Assembly (NCBI GenBank): GCA_977017575.1
Contig: CDRNVI010000238.1
Coordinates: 1 to 23,747 of the forward strand
Length of the DNA: 23,747 nucleotides
Source of the DNA: Paramoeba atlantica
Taxonomy: Eukaryota > Protista > Discosea
Direction of reading: 5' to 3'
Positions 8,455 through 16,903 of the stretch are shown in pieces (positions within the stretch are counted from its first letter, which is position 1; each line of letters begins with the position of its first letter). The notes beneath the pieces are model-generated. The model was not told the DNA's origin. It saw only the letters and a list, made by a program, of their open reading frames with translations, and made no database searches. The translations under genes were made by a program, and so were the position numbers.

Positions 8455-8526
8455 TAACAAGACAAGGATTCGAACCTTGGACCTTTGGGTTATGAGCCCA
8501 ATGTGCTACCGCTACACTATCTTGTT
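8455..8526 (-). tRNA. tRNA-Met(CAT), initiator-like
   Basis: AACAAGA/TCTTGTT acceptor (A1:U72), GTGT/GCAC D-stem, TTGGG-CTCATAA-CCCAA (three G:C pairs at 29-31), CAAGG-TTCGAAT-CCTTG. Confidence 0.93.
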
Positions 8527-8632
8527 TTTCACATGAAGGTCATGGTGTGAGCCAACCAAATCAATGTGAAGATCAATTTTGATTGTCACCCAATCACTGA
8601 AAGAGGGAAGCCAACAAAAAAGAAAAACTACA

Positions 8633-8672
8633 AAAAAGGATTTGAACCTTGGACTGGTGTCACTCTCTTGTT
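8633..8672 (-). pseudogene. Internally deleted duplicate of the tRNA-Met
   Basis: On +, AAGGATTTGAACCTTGGAC and CACTCTCTTGTTTT match both ends of 8455-8526 (TTCG decayed to TTTG). The 32-nt middle is replaced by TGGTGT. Confidence 0.68.
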
Positions 8673-9469
8673 TTCAGGGTTATTTGAAAATGAGTTTCAC
8701 AATCAATGACCCGAAAATTGAAGAAAAAAGAGGGAAAGAAGAACCAAGAAATAATGAAACACAGGTAAGATGAAAAAGTCTTTGCATTCCCAAATTTCGA
8801 AATCCCAAAACAAAAACAAAAACAAAAACAAAAAATAACAAAAAAGAAGAAAAATGCACCCTCTCAAGCTGACAAAAATGACCTTTAATACTAGAATCAT
8901 ATTTTCCACCACAAATTGCAGAATCAATTTCAATATTACTATAACAATATGGATTCAAATTCTCACTCAAATATTGAAAAACTGTCCCCTAAAAAAACCA
9001 AGTGAGAAAAAAGAAAAAATGAAAAAAAAATGGGATGTGTAAAATTGGTTTTAGAAATTGATTTTACCTTTTGCACTGTTGATACCACCAACAAAAAAAA
9101 AATGATTGAGAGTGGAAGTTTTGATGGCTCTTTCTTGGAAAGCATCACACTTCAACCCTTTCACCTTTTTCACCTTTTCACTTTCTCTTTTCCCATTTAA
9201 CTTTTACCCTGCAATCTCTTTTGGCTTTTGTGCTTTCTTTTCTCTCATACATTTATATTTGGTGACGCCCTCTCCTCCTTCAACTTCCCAAACCACTATA
9301 TCTTCAACCTCATCAAGCTCTCCACATCCCCAAAATTGGCTTGCAATGAGAGCTGAACCTCTCCAATACTTGGTCTTTCTCCTGTATGTGGAAATGGGAA
9401 AGATGAGGTGCCCTCCTCTGAAGAGCTTCAAAATAGTTTATTCAACTCCAAGAAGAGAGAGGAGATTCA

Positions 9470-11000
9470 ATGAATGAGGATTTGAACAGAATGATTGAGA
9501 CAAATGTCTCATCAGCTCAGTTCTATGTTGTCAGATTGACCCTTGGTACTTCAAGAGTTTGGAGCATACCCACAGGCACAAAGAGAAAATTTGAGAGAGT
9601 TGGTAAACGTAGCAGACTTTTTGAACCCTTGAGAAGTAATGGATTTTTGTTATGACATGAAATAGAAACTCAACTCAAAAGTTTGGCCAAATGTGAGACC
9701 CTGCTTGGGAAGGATCTGAAGTTGTTTATCCACTTGCCCAAATTCAATTAGTTGGAAGATGGTGAGAGGTTTCATGCATAATTTGAAAATGAGTGAGTTT
9801 TCATAAAGTACACAACTTGTTTCTTTGACCTGTAACTCAAGAAGAACAAGATTGCTCAAAGAGATGTGCAAGATGGAGACATCATCGATGCTTTCATCAA
9901 GAAATTTGGTCAAGGGTCTGTGTTCAAAGCAAAGTTCAAAGATTTTGGGAAAAACATTCAGGTTTGGGATGATACAGTGAAGAGATTTCTTCTTGTTGAG
10001 GTTAACTTTATCCTGCAGTGCTCAACACCACAGAACCTCAGTTAGCAAAGATCAGAGTTCAGGATACTGAGGAGTACCAAAAAGGATTAAGAATCAAACT
10101 GATCGAAAGAGAAAGAGGGGAGAAGAACCTTTTTGTTTTTATTTGTGGTGGGAATCATCTCCTTTGACTTTGGCACTTGATGGAAGGATTGTGGTCTGAA
10201 TCCACAGCTTCTTTCAGGACTCCAGGGAAGAACAAGATGTTTGCTTTGTGGATTGACAGACCATAGAAGTTGTCAGTGTTTTTGGTAGAACACTGCAAAG
10301 TTCATAAGGGTTCGCAACAACATTCAAATGCCATTTGGGTGAGGACCCCTGGAGCTGGAGGAGAGCAATGGAACAACATTCCAAACCAATCCAAAAGGAG
10401 TACCCCCAGAGACAATGATGGCTATGAGAAAATGGCTGCAAGGGGAGACATCATATTATCAGTTGAGTGGTGAACTGGAAACAAAGGCAAGAAGAATACC
10501 CCAAACAAAAATTGTAAGCCTGAAAATGCATGTCAAATGAGAAACAATCTTGTTCTTACAATCCAGATCCATATTTGGCCACTTTCTCTATTGCAAAGAA
10601 AATGGAGATGAGTTCACAAGAAATTGATGATGTGATTGCAAGTGAAATTCCAGAGAATACAAAAAAAAGCAAAAAAAGTTGTTGGCAGACCTTCCTTCAC
10701 TGGTTGAACACTGAGAAAGAACAAAAATACAAATATGATCCACAGCACCAATCACAGAAAGAGCATTTTTCAGGTTTTTTTTTTGCTGTTTGCACTGCCT
10801 TGTGGTTGTGGTCGTGGTTGTGGTCAGAGAAAAAGAAGAGGGGTTCATCAGGAGGATGGAACAACCACAAAGAACCCCCCCCAAAACCCTCTGGAGTGGA
10901 GCCAAACATGGACCCAAATGTGGAACCAGAGAAGGTTGTTCCCCAGACTAAATCCTGCTGGAAGAAATCGAAGAGACAAAGAGAACAAAGAGTCCTGAAG
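9470..11000 (+). pseudogene. Gag/ORF1-like retroelement relic with a CCHC zinc knuckle
   Basis: Protein-like frame from ATG 9470 with scattered stops. Exact C-x2-C-x4-H-x4-C (CLLCGLTDHRSCQC) at 10238-10279. TGTGGT/CGTGGT repeats near 10800 read as a CpG-decayed RGRGRG. The 3' boundary is uncertain and no pol follows. Confidence 0.5.
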
Positions 11001-12650
11001 GAACTTGAAAGGGCCAAAAATCACAAAAGTTATAAAATGATGATATTCACAGACCAAAAATTGAACAAAACTTTTCAGGCAGAGTGCTCTTCTTCTTGCT
11101 TTTTGAAAGAAGGTTTTCTCTTCCAGTAGTGCACTGGACTCAAGTTTAGTAGATCCACATCACACCATGTGTATTATTCAATCTCACTGCTGTCTAAAAT
11201 CATCAGCCTTGTTCATATATATTTTCTCAACCCAATCACTTGCCACACAAAGGATTAAAAAACAGAAATTTTCTTTTCAAAAGAAATTTATTGTTGTTTA
11301 CCAACTAAATTCAACTTTTGGCAAAAACAGCAATAAAAAGAAATCAAAGAGCAGAAAAGAAAAAAAAAAGGAGAGAAACAGAAAAGAAAAAAAAAAAAAG
11401 AAGAAACAGTGTAAAAAAAAAAGAAACCAAAGGAAAAAGAGATCCTTTCAAACACAAAGTTCCTTTCTCCAAAGAAAGTTTCCTCTCTCCTTTCTTCCTC
11501 TCTCTTCTTCTCTTTCTTCTCTTTCTTCTCTTTCTTCTCTTTCCTCCCTTTCCTCCCTTTCCTCCCTTTCCTCCCTTTCCTCTCTCTCTCTCTTTCTTCT
11601 CTTTCTTCTCTTTCTTCTCTTTCTTCTCTTCCCTCCCTTTCCTCTCTCTTTTCTTTCTTCTCTTTCTTCTTTCTCTCTCTTCTCTCTCTTCTGCCACCTG
11701 CACTGCTGCTCTTCCCTCCCTTTCCTCCTCTCTCTCTCTTTCTTCTCTTTCTTCTTCTCTCCTCTTCTGTAACCTGCGCTGCTGCTCTTCTCTTTCCTTT
11801 CCTCTCTGTTGCTGCTCACCAAAAAAAAAAAAAGAAACAAAAAAAGCGGTTGAACCGCTGATTTAGATCCCTTTATTTTTCAGGACATCGAAAACCGTGG
11901 AAGATGCTCTTTGTAAACTCAATAAACTGTGCTTTGGTTTTTTTTTTTTCGTTTCTCTCTTTCTTGTTTCTCCCTTTTTTTTTCCCCCTTTTCCCCCTCT
12001 TTTCTCTTCTCAAAAGTTGTCCCCTCCTTTTTTTTTCCTCTTTCATTCTCCTTTTTCTAAAACAATTCATACTGTTGTTCCCTGTCTCAGGTTGTGGCAC
12101 TTTCTTTTCAAGGGATCTCGTGTGTGTTGTGATCTTGGTTGTGGTGATCTGCACCACCAGTTCAAACCAAGAGGTCTTTTTCCTTCTTTCTTCTTTCCCC
12201 CCTTTTTTTTGAGTTTCTTTTTTCTTGGGTTTCTTTTTTCCTTTTTCATCTCTTATTTTTTCCTTTTTTCTTTTATTCTTTTTTTTCTTTCCCTTTTATT
12301 CTTATTTTTCCCTTATTTTTTTCCTTTTTTCTTTTTTTTTCCTCCTTTTTTTTTCTTTTTTGAATCCTTTTCCTTTTTTTTTCCCTTTTCTCTTTGAAAA
12401 ACAAAAAAGAGAGAGAAAAGAAGAGGAATTTGAAGGAAAAGAAGAAGATAAAAAAGAGAGAGAGTGAGAGAGAAAAAAAAAAGAGAAAGAGTGAGAGAAA
12501 GAAAAAAAGATAAAGTGAAGAAAAAAAGAGAAAGAGGGAGAGAAAGAAAAAAGAGAAAAGTGAAAGAAAAAAAGAGAAAAGGGCGAGAGAGAAAGAAAAA
12601 AAGAGAAAAGTGAAGAAAAAAAAGAGAAAGGGTGAGAGAGAAAAAAAAAA

Positions 12651-12722
12651 GCACCAGGAGGGACTCAAACCCACAAACACCAGCTCAGAAGGCTGATGCA
12701 TGACCAATTGCGCCACTAGTGC
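12651..12722 (-). pseudogene. tRNA-Arg(TCT), probably a pseudogene
   Basis: GCACTAG/CTGGTGC acceptor and TCAGC-CTTCTGA-GCTGG anticodon arm. The T-loop is TTTGAGT (TTCG decayed), with mismatches in the D- and T-stems. Confidence 0.85.
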
Positions 12723-12904
12723 ATTTCTGAAAAATATTTTCCATTTTTTTTGTGTCCTTCTCTCTCTCTTCTCTTGAAGTCTCAAGAGGAGGGGAAGGGA
12801 GGAGAGGTTTGTTGATTGTGATTCTTTTGTTCCACTGGAGATTGGAAGATTTGATTTGAAAAAAAGAGAGATAATGGTTTTTTTTTTTTCTTTTTGGATT
12901 TGTT

Positions 12905-12954
12905 TTCATACTCCCTGGATGCTAATTTGAAAATTCGGACCCAGAGAGTATGAA
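12905..12954. repeat. 50-bp palindromic mini-element, copy 1
   Basis: TTCATACTCCCTGG...CCCAGAGAGTATGAA. Matches the reverse complement of 16541-16592, including the loop. Confidence 0.8.
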
Positions 12955-13377
12955 TATATGATCACAAAAATATACCCAATCACAAAAGGGACAAAAAACA
13001 AAATGAACCCTATGGGGAAGGAAAAAAACAAATTTTTGAGAAAAGGAGAATGAGGGAGGAGGGGGGGGGGGAAAAAATAGAGCTTTTTTAATTACAGAGG
13101 AGCAAGAAAATGAAAAAAAAAAAAGGGAAAGAAAAAAAGAAGAAAAAAGGAAAAAAAAAGATCCAGGAATCAAGATAGAGAAAAAGAAGGTTGGTGAGGA
13201 AGAAAATTGAGAAAAGGGCAAAGAAAAAAAGAAAAGAAAAAAAGAAAAGAAAAAAAAAAAAAAGAAAAGAAGAAAAAAAGAAAAAGAAAAAGAAAAAAAA
13301 AAGAAAAAGAAAAAAAAAGGAAAAAAAAAAAGAAAAGAAAAAAAGAGAAAAAAAGAGAGAAAAAAAAGAAAAGAAAA

Positions 13378-13469
13378 GGTCTTCAGCACTCGGGATTCAA
13401 ATGTGGTCACCCACCATTCTACTAACCAAGCCCACAGCAGTTCTGATGGGATCAGGTGCTTTCAACTGG
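13378..13469 (-). pseudogene. 5S rRNA pseudogene (5'-truncated, internally deleted)
   Basis: Minus strand reads CCAGTTGAAAGCACCTGATCCCATCAGAACT-GCTGTGGGCTTGGTTAGTAGAATGGTGGGTGACC...GTGCTGAAGACC-TTTT, which carries the 5S hallmarks GAAAGCACC.GATCCC, GGTTAGTA and GGGTGACC. About 10 nt of the A-box region and the 5' end are missing. Confidence 0.9.
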
Positions 13470-14934
13470 AAAAAAGAAAAGAGAAGAGAGAAGAGAAAGA
13501 GGAAAGAAGAGAGAAAAGAAAGAAGAGAGAAAAGAAAAAAGAGAGGAAAAGAAGAGAAAAGAAAAAACCTCAATTTTGTTTTTGGACAAAGGTTTGTCAA
13601 AGAATTTCTTTGTAATCTCTCTTCTTGTTTCAACTCTCTTTTCTCAGAATAAAAAACTTGTTTTAATCTAAAATAAAAGGAGCAGGACTGAAAGGAAAAA
13701 CATAAAACGGAAAACAAAAAACGGAAAACAAAAAACAAATCAAGGAAAGAGAGAGTGATGGTCTTGAAGAAGAAAGAAGTAAAAAAGGAAAAGAAAAGGA
13801 TGTGAAAAAAAAAATAGAAAGAAAGAGATACAACCACCAAAAGAAAAGAGAAAAAGAGAAAAAGAGAGAAGGAAAAAAAACCACAAACCCACAAAAAAAA
13901 AAACTGAAACAGGAAATGATGGACCTCTATTTTGGGTCCGGATGGTTTTTTTTTTTGTTGGCTCACGAAAGAGGGAGGGGAAGAAGGAGAGGGAGGAGAG
14001 GGAGGAAGCGAAAAGGTTCCAGAGAGAGAGTGTGTGTGTGTGTTCAAGGGGGAAGGGGGTTCTTGGGGGGGGGGGAGAGAGAATGGGAGAGGAGGGTGGC
14101 CTCTGTTTGCTTCTCTTCTTCTTCTTCTCTCTCTTTCTCATTCTCTCCTTCTCTCCTTCTCTCCTTCTCTCCTTCTCTCCTTCTCTCCTCTCTCTCTCCT
14201 CTCCTCTTCTCTTTCTCTTTCTCTTCCACTTTTTCTTTTTCTCTCTTTTCTCTCTTCTCTCTATTATTTGTTAAAAAAGGCTTTTGGTGGACAACTATCT
14301 CAGTGGGCAATGCCTGTTGAATTAATTTTGCACGACTCTCTGATCTTCTTCAAATGTTTTTCTTTTCTTTTTTCTTTTTCTTTCTTTTTTTCTTTTTTTC
14401 TTTTTTTCTTTTTTTTCTTCTGATTAGATGATTTTTTTTCTTTTCTTTCTTTCTCTCTTTTCTCTTTCACTTTTCTCTCTCTTTCTCTTTTTCTTCTCTC
14501 CCTCTCTTTCTCTCTCTCTCTCTCTCTGCTCTCTCTCTCTCTCTTCTCTCTCCCTTTCATAATATTTTTTTTTTTTTATTTCTTTTCTTTTCTTTCCCTC
14601 TTCTTTCTTTCTTTCTTTCTTTCCCTCTTCTTTCTTTCTTTCTTCTTTCTTTCTTCTTTCTTTCTTTTCTCTTTGTAGGTATTTCAGTAAGAATTCATTC
14701 ACATGACTGCTCAACTCACGAATCTTGTTCAAATGTATTTTTTTCTTTTTTTCTTTTTCTTTTTCTTTCTTTTTTCGTTCTCTTTTTCTTAAGATCAAAA
14801 ACCTTTATTTTGTTGGGTGTTTTGTGATGTGTTTTTTTTCTTTTCTTTGTTTTTCTTTGTTTTTTTTAATTGGAAAACTAATTTTTCTTTCTTTTCTTTT
14901 TTCTTTTTCTGTTAGATGACAATATAATCAAAAA

Positions 14935-15109
14935 ACAAGAAAGACAGAACAATTGAAGGGATTTTGTGGTGATGTTTTTGGAGTTTTATGAACAAATTAA
15001 AAAGTCCTTTTGATTTGTTCAAACAACTCTTTTTTCTTCTTTGACATTTTTCAGCGATTTGGGACCCTCAAAGAATTGGAATATCCCAGAAGATGATTCA
15101 ATTCTCACT

Positions 15110-15142
<33 letters not shown>

Positions 15143-15345
15143 GAGTTGAGGAGTTAGGGAGTCAGGGAGACTTGAGATCCCACCAGACGAGGTTCTTTTT
15201 TTTCTTTTTTTTTCTTCTTTTTTCTTGTTTTTTTTCTTTCTTTTTTTTCTTCTCTTTTTTCTTTGTTTTTTCTCTTTTTTTTTTCTTTCTTTTTTTTTCT
15301 TCCTTCCTTTTCTTTTGTTTAATCTTTTATTTTAGAACAGAGACA
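14935..15345. repeat. Old diverged duplication, copy 1 (partner 16030-16440)
   Basis: Colinear anchors GGAGTTTTAT, TTGTTCAAACAAC, TCAGGGAGAC, GGTTCTTTTT and GAACAGAG occur in both copies. Confidence 0.65.
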
Positions 15346-16029
15346 AAAGTGTTCCACATTTTCCATTCTTATCAGAAAAGAGTGGAATTACATTGAAAAG
15401 GGTTCTTTTCTTTGATTGATCTGCTTTCAATCAGAGGTTTTTTCTTCTTTTCTTCCTGTTTCTTTCTTATCTTTCCCCTTTTTCTCCCTTTTTTACCTTT
15501 TTTCTTCTTATCTCTTTTGTTTTTCCCCCTCTTTTCCTTCTTTTTCTTTTTTTCCCTTTCCTCCTTCCCCTTTCCTTTTGTTTTTTATTTTGAATTTTTT
15601 GATTGACTTTCTTTTTGAATGAAGGGAGTGGAAGTGGGTGGTTTTTAACACAAACAATAATGGAGAATTCATGATGGGGTAGAAAAATACACTTGGCACC
15701 TTTCTGATTTTCCACCTTCTCACCAAAGGCACTTTCTGCTGTGCAAGTTGTTGTCACCACTATTGTTTTGTCCTCATTATCACACCAGGTTTTCCCCCCT
15801 TCTTTATTTTGTGTTTTGTTGTTCCTAGAGTATTGTGCATTGTTTGTGGGGGGATTGTTGTTTTATTGTTTTGTTGTTTGTTATTTGTTGGTGGTTTTTA
15901 GAGGTGGTTGTTTCTTGGTTGGATATTTGGGTTATGGGTTATTTGGTTTTGTTGAATACCTGTTGAGGGAGTGTCTTGTTGTGATGATAATGTCTCCACT
16001 TTGTGCTTGTGATTAACACCCAAGATTGA

Positions 16030-16440
16030 GAAAGGCAAAACAAATTGAATGGATTGTAAGGAGTTTTATATATGAACAAGTTAAATAGTTCTTTTGATAT
16101 TGTTCAAACAACACTATTATTTCTTTGATGTTATTGAAGAGGATTAGACCTGGTGGATCCTTGAGAATATCAATTATTTCTTTAATTATTTTATGACTCA
16201 CCCCAGTTCAATGTTGGGACCTTTCTTTGATTTGGCATTCCCTTTGTCTTTTGAGAAACAAGAACTTTGAGAGAAATGGGAATCATTTTACCTTGAGGGG
16301 ACACTGGATCAGGGAGACCATCTATTAAGCTGTGAGAGGTAAGGACACAAGGTTCTTTTTTTTTTCTTTTTTTTACTAGTTTTTATTTTCTTTATCTTTT
16401 CTTTTCACCTCCTTTTTCACATTTTTTTTTTGAACAGAGA
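16030..16440. repeat. Old diverged duplication, copy 2, with a candidate GT-AG intron at 16339-16437
   Basis: Same anchors as 14935-15345. GTAAGG...T-rich tract...GAACAG on +. Confidence 0.6.
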
Positions 16441-16540
16441 ACTCATTTCTTTTGATCTTTTTTGAAGAAGTGACTATTTTGGTTCTTTCCTTGTTCAGTG
16501 GCAATACAAGCAAAACTCAAATGACCTCAAGCAAGAAGAC

Positions 16541-16592
16541 TTATACTCTCTCTGGGTACAAATTTTCAAATTAGCACCCAGAGAGTATGAAA
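16541..16592. repeat. Palindromic mini-element, copy 2 (inverted relative to copy 1)
   Basis: TTATACTCTCTCTGGGT-ACAAATTTTCAAATTAGC-ACCCAGAGAGTATGAA. Confidence 0.8.
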
Positions 16593-16903
16593 ATTCTGGG
16601 GGTTCATTGTTCTTTTGAAGAAAGTTATTTTTCAAATAATGTCTTCTATTTTTGTTTCAAAGGAGGGGGATTGAAAAACTTCTTTTTCAAACCTTAGGAG
16701 AATAAGGAGAAGGGCAAGAACCATCTATTCATCTAACAGGTTCAATTCTCACATAGTGATTTTTTTCATTTTTTTTTATCTCTTCTTCAATCTTTTCTTT
16801 CCTTCTCTTAGATTAGAAGTGAGAATGAGAACAAATATATTATATATTTCCTCATTTATTGCATCAAGATATTGCACAATTTGATCAGGTTTATTTTGGT
16901 TAA

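Larger units (their letters stand above)
11280..15620. repeat. Low-complexity purine/pyrimidine tracts and micro/minisatellites with short unique islands
   Basis: (TCTTTCTTC)n and (TTTCCTCCC)n at 11500-11630, ~50-bp degenerate units at 12505-12650, (CTCCTTCT)n at 14145-14190, (AG)n at 15105-15140, and long A/G and T/C runs. Confidence 0.9.

Noticed and set aside
12750-12812. Long pyrimidine/purine hairpin around CTCTTGA-AGTC-TCAAGAG
   Set aside because: Pairing beyond the 7-bp core is expected from adjacent CT-rich and AG-rich low-complexity tracts.
11167-15622. Dozens of overlapping F/L/S-rich and K/R/E-rich ORFs in the supplied track
   Set aside because: They arise from stop-free purine/pyrimidine tracts and are open in several frames on both strands. 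No domain content.
16735-16756. GGTTCAATTCTCAC B-box-like motif
   Set aside because: No upstream A-box or cloverleaf, and the motif is too short to support a call.
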